From Ostrea edulis (Eukaryota), in contig NC_079164.1 of NCBI RefSeq assembly GCF_947568905.1, forward strand, positions 108,748,001 through 108,812,000: a DNA stretch of 64,000 bases, given 5' to 3'. The notes under the pieces are model-generated. The model did not search any database and was not told where the DNA came from. It was given only the letters and a program-made list of their open reading frames with translations. The translations under genes were made by a program, and so were the position numbers. How positions within the stretch are numbered: the stretch's first letter is position 1; each line of letters opens with the position of its first letter. Positions 46,750 to 59,619 of the stretch are shown here, in pieces.

Positions 46750-48090
46750 TGAATGATGGTACATGTAAGTCAATACAAGTATCTCCTGAACAAAACACTG
46801 GACACTGTTTCTTATTTTGTTATCTATAGCCTATATAACTTTACCCATACCCCCCTTATTGCTGCACAGTAGACATCACCAAATCAAACTGTTTTATGCA
46901 TATGAAACATTCTATTGATGATGTGCCATGCAATAAATGACTCTTATGATGATGAAGAGTTCTCTTTTCCTTAAACCACCCGTATCACAGACTGATGAGA
47001 TAAAGCTATAAATACCAGAAATTGATTGGCAAGTACTACGATTTTGTACTCCCCATTTACCGAACGACCATCCGTGGGGAGCTTTCAGTATAATATTGTA
47101 TGCGTAGATATGTTGTATTGTTTGTGAGCGATTATTAGACTTGTATTACTAGGTTTCCATGTACCGACATTGTCTAATATTATATACGCGCAGTAACACT
47201 CGCCCCTGGACAATTTGTATTTTATGAAATTTCAATCGAATGCGTACAACCCAGTGCCTAAACGAACTATTTCGTATTTGGATTTTAGTGTGGGGGTGAG
47301 GTGTTCATTAGTAGTAGTTAATCATCACCACGGTCGGATTGACCACGTAAATCATCACCACGGTCAGATTGACCACGATAAACCGGGGATAAATTCGAGT
47401 TTTTTACATGAATAAAAGCATCTGTCGGATACTGGATTGTCATATCATACAACAACCATTTCAGTGCAAAGTGAGAGATGTCCTCAGTATCATTAGTTAA
47501 CTTATACTAATGTTTATAACCTGTGTAGTACGCCTTTGTTCATCTACATAAATCTACCTTGCAGGTTCAGTAGCTCCCTCGTGTCAATATGACCACGTCC
47601 ATCGGGTATCTGCACATAATCAACAATATTATATGGGGTAAGAATTGTTAGCGGATGCTTGGCAGCATGTTTTGTGAATGTAGACACCTGACAATCTCAG
47701 TATAACTGAGGTATACGAACACACCATTAGTAGCCCTGCCATTGTTTCACTGTTCACTCGTCGTAGTTTGTACATGTAATGTTAGTTCTGTGACATCCCT
47801 GGTCATCAGTTTATATTCACTTTGTTCAACTTAGTTATTTAATGCTTCTTTTACCTCGTCATTTGCTTTCAATGAATAAATGACATAAACTCGTATACTT
47901 GTAAGTATCTTTCCACACTAAAGGCATAATAGTCATGATTATGGATTTGACGGCCCGAGATTGTCGTGGTTATAAATTGATATTTGTGTTTCAATGTTTT
48001 CCCTGCCATTGTTTATGGGAAGTCAGAGGTGTTGCAGACAGAGCGAGTTTGAGGCTGTCGATTTTGCCTCCCTTGCATTTCGCTTTCAAC
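46750..48090 (-). pseudogene. putative decayed intron-less coding tract of unknown family (segment B)
   Basis: Minus-strand runs IYSLKANDEVKEALNN*VEQSEYKLMTRDVTELTLHVQTTTSEQ*NNGRATNGVFVYLSYTEIV (46 of 64 codons start with a purine), VSTFTKHAAKHPLTILTPYNIVDYVQIPDGRGHIDTRELLNLQ, YKLTNDTEDISHFALKWLLYDMTIQYPTDAFIHVKN, KYEIVRLGTGLYAFD*NFIKYKLSRGECYCAYIILDNVGTWKP, IILKAPHGWSFGKWGVQNRSTCQSISG. Boundaries approximate. Confidence 0.4.
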
Positions 48091-48119
48091 ACATTGACAC
48101 TCGATATACAAAAATTACG

Positions 48120-48270
48120 CAATTTATTATTTATGATCTACTTCACTTTCTATGTAAATATTTATTTATCAAAGTTTGTAAGATATACCACATCCACTGT
48201 GTTGTGGTCGGGTCTAAAACCTAACTGTGCGTCCGTCATTAATATTACTTTGTTTGAAGTTTACAATTAG
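48120..48270 (-). mobile_element. short LINE reverse-transcriptase fragment
   Basis: MTDAQLGFRPDHNTVDVVYL/QTLINKYL resembles the non-LTR RT motif QxGFRxxxSTxDxxxxL. Confidence 0.55.
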
Positions 48271-50042
48271 GAACAGGTGTCAATCACTCGCCTAAACAAT
48301 GGTCACTATATATTAAACAATGGTCACTATATATTCAAAATATCATGCATTTGGGGGAGAAAAAACACCTGAAGAATACACAGAATCGAACCTTTTTGTT
48401 TCTTTTTATTGTGGTCGGTTTAATGATGTGAAAAAATTTAATGAGTAAACATCAAATGTTTCTTGTCTTTGCAAAGTGACACATGTTTTACATTTATTGG
48501 TTCATACGTATAGTTAAAAGAGTATTTAAATGAAAATGGTTATAACTATCCTATATATATTTTTTGCAAGGTAAGGGGAGGGCATATGATCATTTCGACA
48601 GCCACATGTGTTCCAGACCTTTTTATTGGGTGTTCGGCCTTTGTTATTAAGGTGCAAATCGTTTTAGATTGTAAGTTCATTGTTGCAAGTTCATTGTTGC
48701 ATAACGCAGGATTGGTGGAATTTTACATACCGCCTGCCTACCACCTTTTCTTTTTGAATGACATAAATCAGCAGTAAATTGATTTCCAGAAAAGTAACAT
48801 TAGATGTAGAGACGATCGACTAATTGTGTAAAAAAAATGATTTATGTTTGGCAAAGATATGATTAGTTTTTGGACCTTCTCGCGCGCCTCTCGCTGATAG
48901 GACAATATCTACAAGCTCTATACGGGGAAAACAAACGTACATGTAACATTGTTTAGTGATCATGCGATTGCTGATTCCATGTTGCACATCATGGAAAATA
49001 TGCCAGCAGCAATTGCAGTTCATTACAGAATTAAACATTCTTTTTAAAGAATTTATCGGTGTGTAAACTATTAATACTTTACTCACAAACTGATTAAAAG
49101 TACGAAGCAGTATTACAATATCGGTGATTTGTCGGGGGTCACTTTAAGGCAACCAGTGGATCTTAAGCAATACCCTAGTGAGAGATACGGAGGAGGGCGG
49201 ATAATTTTTAAAGTTCTGAGATGATTTACATCTTCAATCTGTAAACTGTGTTCTAAGGCAGATGATATTAGATAAATTCGTTAAACAATACGGTGAAGGA
49301 ATTTGATACATCATAATCGACCGTGTGGATTTGATCTTCTCTTTCTCTCTGCTTTTTGTCATGGCACGTTCCTTACTTAAGATACTCGTTTCTAATTTAA
49401 TTCGCCATTGATCGAAGCACGTCAAATACTATATAGTCAAATATATCCGGATGCACTCCCTCTGTTAGTTATGAAATGTTAATACTTAGCTATCTGCAAT
49501 CAGAACCAACATGTGCATCATAGAGGTCTTAATTTACGAGCAAAGTATATAAAAGCAATTTTAAGAATGAATAAAAAAAAATGCTTCATATACGTAAATT
49601 CATGTATTTGATAAAGAAAATTTTCGAATAACTTTTTTTTTCAGGGTATAATGTCAGGGCAAGTGCAATTTCTTGTCTATGCAGACATTTAAAAAACACC
49701 AAACTGTGTTATCAATGAATTCCTTGAAAAAAAAACCCACAAAGTCGGTCTACAGACGTGGGCATTGTAAGTAATTTGAGAAACCTATAAGTGTCTGGAT
49801 CGTAGACGTCATCCGTCGGCAAACCACATCCTTGTACGTATTACCTGTGCGACATGAACAGGTAAAGCATTGGATTTCAATACCTACCAACGAGTTCATT
49901 CATAGCCAATATCATGAATTGCATATCTCACAATGGGCTTCTTTTAGGTACGATCGATTTTCCTGAATGGAGAGAATAAATTCATAGAACTTTATTTCGT
50001 TTAATTTGTGGTAGGAGATCATCAGTACCTCTACCAGCTCTC

Positions 50043-51123
50043 TTCTAACTATATCCGGCATTCTGCTAACTATATCCGGCATTCTGCTAACTATATCCGG
50101 CATTCTGCTAACTATATCCGACATTCTGCTAACTATATCCGGCATTCTGCTAACTATTTCCAGCAGTCTCCTGGCTATTTCCAGCAGTCTTCCAGCAGTC
50201 CTCCAGTTATTTTTAGCAGCCCTTCAGTTATTTTCAGCAGTCCTCTAGTTATTTCCAGCAGTCTTCCAGTTATTTCCATCAGTCCTCGAGTTCTTTCCAG
50301 CAATCCTTTAGCTATTTCCAGCAGTCCTCCAGTTATTTCCAGCAGTCTTCCAGTTATTTCGAGCAGTCTTCCAGTTATGTCCAACAGTCCTCCAGTTATT
50401 TCCAGCAGTCTTCCAGTTATTTCCATCAGTCTTCCAGTTATTTCCATCAGTCCTCGAGTTCTTTCCAGCAATCCTTTAGCTATTTCCAGCAGTCCTCCAG
50501 TTATTTCCAGCAGTCTTTCAGTTATTTCGCGCAGTCTTCCAGTTATGTCCAACAGTCCTCCAGTTATTTCCAGCAGTCTTCCAGTTATTTCCAGCAGTCT
50601 TCCAGTTATTTCAATCAGTCCTCCAGTTATTTCCATAAGTCCTCGAGTTATTTCCAGCAATCCTTTAGCTATTTCCTGCAATCCTTTAGCTATTTCCAGC
50701 AGTACTTTAGCTATCTCCAGCAGTCCTCTAGCTATATCCATCAGTCTTCTAGCTATCTCCAGAAGTCCTCTAATTATTTCCAGCAGTCCTCTGGCTATTT
50801 CCAGCAGTTCTCCAGTTATTTCCAGCAGTCTTCCAGTTATTTCCATCAGTCCTCCAGTTATTTCCATACGTCCTCGAGTTATTTCCAGCAATCCTTTAGC
50901 TATTTCCAGCAGTACTTTAACTATTTCCAGCAGTCCTCCAGTTATTTCCAGCAGTTCTCCAGTTATTTCCATCAGTCCAGTTATTTCCAGCAGTCTTCCA
51001 GTTATTTCCAGCAGTCTTCCAGTTATTTCCATTAGTCCTCCAGTTATTTCCAGCAGTCCTCTAGCTATTTCTATCAGTCCTCTAGTTATTTCCAGCAGTC
51101 ATCCAGTTATTTCCAGCAGTCCT
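50043..51123. repeat. 21-bp-period degenerate minisatellite (about 51 units), open in one frame on + (394 aa) and partly on - (285 aa)
   Basis: Begins with CTAACTATATCCGGCATTCTG units and grades into CAGCAGTCTTCCAGTTATTTC units. Confidence 0.95.
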
Positions 51124-54100
51124 CCGGGTTTTTTTTCTCAGCATGATGATGAGAAATGTTCATTTATATGTAAGATGGGCACATTGTACTAGCAACAAAT
51201 ATCTGTGGTAGTCATGCAATGAACCTACCCATTCAGGAATTGTTCTAAGCCATCAAATTTCGACTCTTTCGGAACAACATTTTAGAGGATGATGACAATA
51301 ATAAGACATTTTTAAATTCTTGCAGTATGATGTCCTAAAGGAACCTTTTAGTTGCATGCATTCGATCTCGGCAAACCGGTCGATCCTGCAACCTCTCTTT
51401 TTCTCTCTTTCTATCCCTCTAACTTAGAGAAAAATACAGAATTAGCCGAAGTATGCCGAGTGGCTGAAACTTATCATCGATATCCTATACCACAACTAAT
51501 CAGACATATTTACAAAGAAGAATTGTAAAATTATTTCATTGAATATAGCAACTGTTGAAATAAATTTTGTTTCAATGATACTTAATAAAAGTAATCCATT
51601 GAGTTTCATGTAAATAATTACCATATTTCTCCTAATGAGTATTCAGACATCCCGATAAACACATACACTCATCCTGTATTCTCCATTTGTTAACCCCCAC
51701 CACCCAAAAAATATATCAAGGTAATTTACGAAACATCCAAAGGACGACCTTACCAAGTCGACATAAAGAAGTTTTAAGAAAGAAAGAATATGTAATTTAA
51801 AAATGAATAAGTGATAACAAGTAGGTATGAAAGAAAAAGCTCCCTCCAGAACCTCTGCTCTGTGTACTTAATGTGTGTTTTGCAGTCAATGTTAAATGAT
51901 TAAGTATCGTTGTAACCTTGAGCTTTTTGTAAGAATTATGTAATGAGATTTACAGTGTAAACAAAGTTAGTAACTGGATGTCATATCGCTGATAACTTGA
52001 TATGTTTCTTTGATGAATATAATCTCGGTGCACTTGAATTCACGTGAACCAAAACATATAGCATCTAATAATTGAAACTTTTTTGGAACTTTTATAGAAT
52101 TTAGGATAAATTATATATGACGATTTTAAATCTAACATTTTTAAATTTTAAGACTGAAAATTTTCTAAACTGAACTCTTAGATAAGAAAATCTTTTTAAC
52201 TAAAAAAAACATAATGAAACAACAAAAAAAAAACCCCAACAAAAAACAACAACAAAACCAAAAAACAACAACAACAAACAAACAAGCTAGATGGATGCTA
52301 AAAAAGCTAATATAAGTAAACTGCATTACTGCGATGGAACTTTCACAAAGAGGTTTGTTACTGTGTCTGGCATAAGAATATTTGTTGTCTTTTCGTTTAT
52401 GAGAGGAGGGGGAACTGTCCTTGAACAGTCCCTGATCGGGTAACTCTGTAGACTTGATTTAATGGTATGGTATATTCAAAGTATAGTTTGGTCATTAGCG
52501 GCACCGTCGGTTAGCTGTAGGCGGTGCTAAGCCTGACTTGGGACCATATGCGCGCTGTCATCACCAGATTCCTAAAGAAGTCGGTGTTTGCTTTAATTGG
52601 AATCCCTCTGGCCATGTAGAAACTCACTGACGAGTTTATCAATGATAAAAAAATAGCATGATATTAATTTTCTTTCTTTGAAGTTCTTTCTGTGATAATG
52701 TTTGGAAGGATTGTTAGGTTTGCCATCAGACTGAAAACCCGTCAAACACAATACATACTCTAGATATCTAAAATACAATCTGGCAAATTTGATTGAAAAA
52801 AAATAACTTTATTGCCTATGATAAAAGGTGTTTTGCGAGTCCTTAATTTCTAAGCGGGGTATCTTTGATCTCTGTAGGGTGCTAGGTATTATTAGCAATT
52901 GTAATGAATTTGTTTGAGGGGAAAGTACAAACAAATAAAATATGGCATTTCTGGGTTTTTTTAAATAATCATTGCTTTTTTCTCAGGAGATGTATTATTT
53001 ATCTAGGCAGAATATTTTGCCACTTCTCTGAAAAGATTACTGCAGTGATGGTAATCGGGTAATATCATTTTATACAATATATGAATTATAATATATATTT
53101 ATTAAAATCAGTTACACATGTAAGGTCAATACTACTTTGTTTATGGGACATTAGAAAATATGTGGGGAAAATGGCTTCCCACTGTCTACTGGTATGCAGA
53201 CAGATATACCTTAATCCCATTCTTTTGATTGCAATAAACCTTATCTCGCACAGATATATTTCACACGGACTGAAGAGAAGAAACTTGACTTTATTTACGA
53301 TTTCCACTGAGATTCCTTGCCCTTTCTTGATCTGACCTCATTTTGATATTTATGGATGTCAGATAAGTCAGGGTTTGGTAATCGAAACTTATCAAGTGTC
53401 TTCTAATTGCAATATTTTGCATACATAGTACCGTCATTCACAGATTACAAGAAAACTATCCTTTCATCAGAAGGAAAAAAAATACACGTATATGAAAAGG
53501 TTTTATATCTGCTTACAGCCTACTTTCATTCATGAAATACTATTTATTTGCCCCCATTAGATTGTAGTGTTTCTCTGTTCTTTGTACACACCTTTACGTC
53601 ATTGACATAGTGCAGTTAAAAGGACATTGATTCACGTTCCCAGACAGAAAAAAAGGATTGCATGTTGACAATACACAGCCAGAATGTACCCACGCATTCC
53701 GCCTCATGGTCAAATAGTCCACAGTTTCGGAGAATAATAATTTAAATCACATCCTCCAAATTAATTTTAGTGTATAGAATCTGCATGGTGTCATTACTAA
53801 AATTTCCCATGAATGCACAATAATTGTACATGAGTTTTAATAAAAAGAATTATTTCCAATGTTTTCTTTTACTGTTATATTTTTGCTTGTGTGTTATCTA
53901 ACTCTGTCTAATGCTAGTTTACCCATTCTACATCTGTTTAACATGTAGATCTTCAGAATTACTTGTGTGTATCTACGCTGAGAAAGCCGTAACAGAGACG
54001 AGTTGTGCTTGAGAAGCGAATTGCTAAAACGAACACACAAATTGAAAATCAGATAAGTGAATAATCGCAAGTTTTATTGAAAGCATATACTGTATGAAAT

Positions 54101-55670
54101 CTATAATGGGCTCGCAGGAACATGTTTTGAATCTTTAAATAACATTCGAAATGTCAACCAGTCCTTTAAAAAATCAAATTATTATCTTTCATGACTTTTT
54201 ATTTATTTAATTCTCTTTCATCTTTTATCATTTTTCTGATGAACCGTTTCTTGCAATAACGATCTTATAAACTGGTCGTCGTTGTTCAAATGACCTCCCT
54301 CTCACGAATCAATCCAAAATCTTTGCAGATGCATGATCAAACTTCTCAGCTTATTTATTTTTTGTATTTTGGAAGACGGGTTAAAACTTATTTGACGTAT
54401 AGGATATTAGATTATAGACAATGTGGACAATTATCAATGTCCATAAACTTTATGTACTATATATTTTTTTCCCCAATGGATTTACCTTCAATATCTTTAC
54501 TAATTGAATCTGTGAATGTGAACATATTGTGCGTATGAATCTTGGTAAATATTGTACGGCTAATTTAATAACTAGGAATATTTCGACAGAAATGAAAGTA
54601 AAATGAAAATGAAAATAACTTTCATTTTCGTGAATACACGAGGAAATGAACAGCAACGTGTCATATCAGCATACATTTCATGAAATGCTAACGCGCCCTC
54701 ACGTTTATGCTTTCGTGTACTTTGAAACCTAAAATTCATTTCTTTTAAAATACACATCAAAATCTGATGGTTTAAGAATTCTTGATTATCTATTTTTTTA
54801 GTATGACAAATATTTTCCAAACATTTTTTTTTTAATTTGCGAAACCCCATTCCATCCCTCTAATATTTTAAACTTAAAAAATGAAGATGACGTCAGGAAA
54901 TACCTCAATGGCTGATGCCAAAAAAAAAAAAAAATTAAAAATGGGGTTCTATTTCGAGATTATTTATAACCCTGGGCTGAACAAAATAGCTAAAAATATT
55001 ACATTTATATCTCAAATTAACGTATGATCTGTTGACTTGTGATCGTTGACAGATCTGTAAATATATCTTATATCAATTTTTGGTATCGAGTTTTCTTAAA
55101 TGTAATATCTGCAAGTTGATAGTCAGGCTATTTATGGTGTCACATTACAGATAAATACGTACCTTGAACTGTGACCACGTTGCTTACTGTCGTCCCCTAT
55201 TCCTAACAAAAAGATATACTAAGTTGTTGAATCATCTAAATTCGTGGACACCAATTTCCTTCATTGCCTAAATTTTGCATTTTCATCGGGATGTAATTTC
55301 ATAGATATATATAATATGTTCTTGTTTGATTATTGAAGCATACTGTGCATTGCGTTGTGAGTTGTCAAAATTCATTGGATGGGGTAAAGGACGAAATCAA
55401 CGAAAATTGAGCTCCCACGAAATCTAATTACCCTGCAGTATAGTACACTAAATAGTTAACTACGATATCATGATTATTATTCTTGTAAATCAAGGCATCA
55501 ACGGTTTTATTATAATATAATAAATCAAAGTCTTTAATGTTAAGATCGAGGGATATTTATATTTTCATTCATGCTGTAAAAGGAAGTCAGCCATTATGAC
55601 AATGTAGTGTTCCTCCTTAATTTTGTTGAAACATTTACTATACAAGTCGAGATTATCATTATTTATTCAT

Positions 55671-56042
55671 ACCGGCCGCGGTAGCCTAGTGGCTATGGCG
55701 CTCGCTTCACAACCGGAAGTACGAGTTCACTTCTCGAAGTACGGGTTCAAATCTCGATCCTGATGTCCCATGGGGATCCGGGTTAGAAAAGATCCTCAGT
55801 ACCCCTTGTTTGCCGTAAGAGGCGACTACATGTAATCGGGGCGGTCCTTCAGATAAGACCGCAAAAATCGAGGCCCCGTGTCATAGCAGGTGTGACACGA
55901 TAAAGATCCCTCCCTGCTCAAAGGCCGAAAGCGCTGAGTAAAGGCCTAAATTTTGCAGCCCTTTGCCGGCAATGGTAACGTCTCCATATGAGTAAAAAAT
56001 TCTCTAGAGGAACGTTAAACAATATACAATCAATCAACAATC
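55671..56042 (+). mobile_element. full-length tRNA-derived SINE with (CAAT)n tail
   Basis: A box TAGCCTAGTGG, B box GGTTCAAATC, central CCCATGGGGATCCGGGTTAG..GTAAGAGGCGACTA, tail ..AATATACAATCAATCAAC. Confidence 0.88.
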
Positions 56043-56189
56043 GATCCCGATGCCGCGTCAAACCTAGCTCATGTTTATCACAGGAAGCGGCTGCTTCGCC
56101 AATCGTATGGCAGTCACGGGTATATACGGAAGTCCCAGGTATATACGGAAGTCCCATAGTACGGTAGGCGTTGATACGATTAAGGATTT

Positions 56190-56320
56190 TGCTGCTAGGG
56201 ACATAAGCGCCATGCATAGGTCAAACTAACTCTGTGGCACTTCATGTGACGTGTCTGCATTCTCGAATCGAGTGAAAAATTCTCGAATGGACGTGAACAA
56301 TATACAAATAAACAAACAAT
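56190..56320 (+). mobile_element. degraded SINE tail fragment
   Basis: TAAGCGCCATGCATAGG..GAGTGAAAAATTCTCGAATGGACG..AACAATATACAAATAAAC. Confidence 0.55.
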
Positions 56321-56419
56321 ATATACGCAAGATTTAATCTTCTTTTCTTTTTTTTTTTTTTTACTTCGTTGAAAATTATCCATCTTGTATATCATTGGGG
56401 CCAAAGTATTAGCTCTAAG

Positions 56420-56505
56420 TTTGACGTAGCCACGGCATGAGCGGCGCTCTAATTCATGACCTCTCGGTTACTAAGCGAACACTCTACCACTGAGCTAACG
56501 TGCCA
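56420..56505 (-). mobile_element. tRNA-derived SINE head remnant
   Basis: Minus strand TTAGCTCAGTGGTAGAGTGTTCGCTTAGTAACCGAGAGGTC; A box intact, B box eroded. Confidence 0.55.
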
Positions 56506-58290
56506 GGTTCTTTGATCGTGAAAAGACTGACATTCATATACAGCCTTTTCCAGTCTTTGACAGTGGATGTAAGCACGTGTTGTTATTTCACGAATTGCAT
56601 AATGTTTTTGAAAGTAAGAAAAAAATCCCTTAAAATGAGTCGGGTCAGTAAGAAAGACGATAAAAATAGCATATGGTGTAACGTTCGAATGTTTAACATT
56701 GTAGCACTGAGTAGAATTGGAGCTTACAATGCCTCAGAACTCTCATTCTGGCAGAAGTTATTGGTCAGATGTGGAGACGTGATGATTTTTCCTGAAAACA
56801 ACTTAATGCTTCGAGACATTCCATTTTTAGAGCACCTGTTTATCTTGCGCTTCTGGTATGAACTGGTAAACAGTGTTAATGGCTGAAAACGTTTATTTTT
56901 GGCCCATTATCATATCCAACAATTGAACGATAACGTCGATTGGATAACCTATGTGTGTATTGTTTACACGCAATCTACGTAGTTACTATATTTATTACCT
57001 ATGCATTCTCGACTTCCAACTGTGTGTCAGAAATTACACCAGAAAAGTTAATTTTCAGGTAAAAAAGTGACATAACTGAAGAACGTAAATCTTGTGTTGA
57101 ATCACTTCTATATCAGACAAATCAATACAATCAATGAACTAAAGAAGACGTTTCAATACTGGTGCATATGGGTCCTAATATGATTATATAATTCTAAAAC
57201 GGGGAGGAGTGTAGTGTAAACGCATTGTTAGCTCATATTCTCCCAAGTCGTACTCATTTTATGCATGACCTCTGACCCTGGTCTATTCATACGTCACCTT
57301 ATCCACCCTGCTTAAGCGTCAGTTCTGTTTGCCCCTTTCTTAGAAGCATACCTTTATTTAGTCCTCTGTTGTCTTCCATGTTTAGTTAAGGTAAGACACC
57401 AGATATTTATATGTAATTTTTCGGCTACACAATAATATTCATAAAAAATAATAAGTATTACAATACAAGTCATTCTTTACGAAATGTGACATCAATTACA
57501 TTTTAATGAAATTATTTGAAACATTTCAAAGAAAAATCCACAAAAAACTCTTATTTTCGACAGAGAAATGATGTTTCACAGGGAAGGCAATTTTCATTTT
57601 CATTTGCAAACAGAGCTCCTCCACAATGGCTCTTATACTTTCAGTTTGAAGGTAAGTTTTTAAAATAGATTATATGATCTAGCCAATCGGGTAGTTAGTA
57701 ATTGTAAACAAACTCCAGTTAATATTGCACAATAATGTCGATTTATTTAGAATAATTGTAAATTAATACTTTTTTATATGGATGACTTCTCTGCTGTAAG
57801 TGCCTTAATGTATTAGGTTTGTTTTCGAAATCTTTGTCAGTTTTCTCTAACTTGTTCAAGCACGCGTAACAGATATCCCGGGAGACACTTTTGACACGGG
57901 CTACAATTCAGAACTTGTGACAGTTGTTTAAAACTGAAAATATCATCCTACGGTATTTTGGTGATAACTGATCCCCGCACAATCGCCACATGTCCATCAT
58001 AGGGATTACTCATATAAACAGCTGATAAACACACGTGTTGACATCCATGCTTCTTGTGAATGAAAGATATCTTTTCATTGCTTCCGAGGTTGATCTTTGC
58101 AGCCAGTGAAAAGTTTGGCCACTGTTTTGATGACGTAATCTGCAAAGGGTCTGTGTGGAGCGGAAAGGATCGAAAACCCTTGCTTTGTGAGGATGAGATT
58201 ACTGTTCCTTTAAGCCTAGCATAGCCTCGGTCTGACGTTATGTGTGTGACGTCCATGACCATTTACCTTGCCATTGATTTCAGATCCATT

Positions 58291-58389
58291 CCAATCTAAT
58301 TAGAATTAGATCTTCCATCCGCTCCCCAGTTTTCAATATGTGATCAAAAACTGGGGAGCGGATGGAAGATCTAATTTTAATTAGATTGG
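58291..58389. mobile_element. 99-bp near-perfect palindromic mini-element with a possible 3-bp TSD (ATT)
   Basis: 43-bp arms CCAATCTAATTAGAATTAGATCTTCCATCCGCTCCCCAGTTTT / AAAACTGGGGAGCGGATGGAAGATCTAATTTTAATTAGATTGG, 1 mismatch, 13-nt loop; ATT at 58288-58290 and 58390-58392. Confidence 0.75.
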
Positions 58390-59619
58390 ATTCATTCTAG
58401 CATTATCAGACTCTTCTCAGCAGAAGCTAAGTTTGGTTGAACAAGACTGCTCGTATTGCAAAAAAAAAGAAAAAAAAAAAAGAAAGAAATACTGGAAATT
58501 TCCCACACAGTGTATGGTAGCGCAATGAAATTACATGTATTCTTAATTCAAATAGCACAATTATTTCTGCCCACACTCTCCAGTAAATATGGCAATAAAA
58601 GCATATTCTAAAAAAAAAGCATCTGTGAATAAATGTGGAAATCTATGTAAATTATGTATTATAACATGTCATGTGTTGCATCGCACAAAAATCAAATGTG
58701 TGTAAAAAGAATGTTCAGATTTAATTCAAAAAGTCAGCTATCTTATCAAATGGTAATGGTCTGTAGTTTCTCACTGAAGAGGGTCTCGACTTTTTATAGA
58801 CATAGGTTCAGAAAAAAGCACAGAACTTCAAACATGTAATAAGAATAAAGATAGAGATGACATTTGATGAAAAGAAATGGTTAGGGAATCCTTGAAATAT
58901 CTTGAATTCGATTACAGGAAGATAACGTTATAACAGCACTCACAAACAAAATTTCGTGATGTGAAATACTCGCTCTGAAATAAATACAAATAATGCACTA
59001 TTCTTATCTTCAAACCATCATAAATCCGCATTTTCTTTTCTTTTAGGAATTCATGAACTTGAAAGAACAAATTAAAGATGATATTTTTAATTTGAAAATT
59101 TCTAATGATATAGACAAAACGTTATAAGTTTTAGTTTCATATCGGGACATTGAATATGGAGTACTTTACAAGTCCCTCAATTTTTTAAAGCAATTTTATA
59201 TTTATTCATATTACAATAAAACTAAGCCAATAAATCTATCAACCCATGCATCTATTATTTTGTGTTTGCTAGTATCATATTCAACTTTTATCAAAGCTGA
59301 GACAACAACTATATTTCAAGGACTTACATGTACCGATACAGCTTTCCCCGTCCCGCACAACCAGTGGACAACTGTAGCGTTTTCTTTCATTAGATTTTTG
59401 AAAACGACAATTATCCATGTTAAATTAGCGCTAATTAATATTAAATTTGATTGGTTAAGGAGGAATAATTACGGAAGTCGGTAGGTGTCAAGGTAAAGAA
59501 TTAATATGGTTTAAGTGGTGGCCACCGTTTAATTGATATGACGGCCGCCACTCAATTTTCATAGTGGCTGCCAATTCAAAACCAGAGTATTGCAAACAGT
59601 ACAACATACGCCCGTTGAC

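Noticed and set aside
56500-56886. 128-aa ORF
   Set aside because: Non-ATG start inside a SINE remnant, no codon-position bias (about half purine-first), no motif.
57948-58262. 104-aa minus-strand ORF or possible terminal exon
   Set aside because: Several frames are equally plausible; no motif or partner exon.
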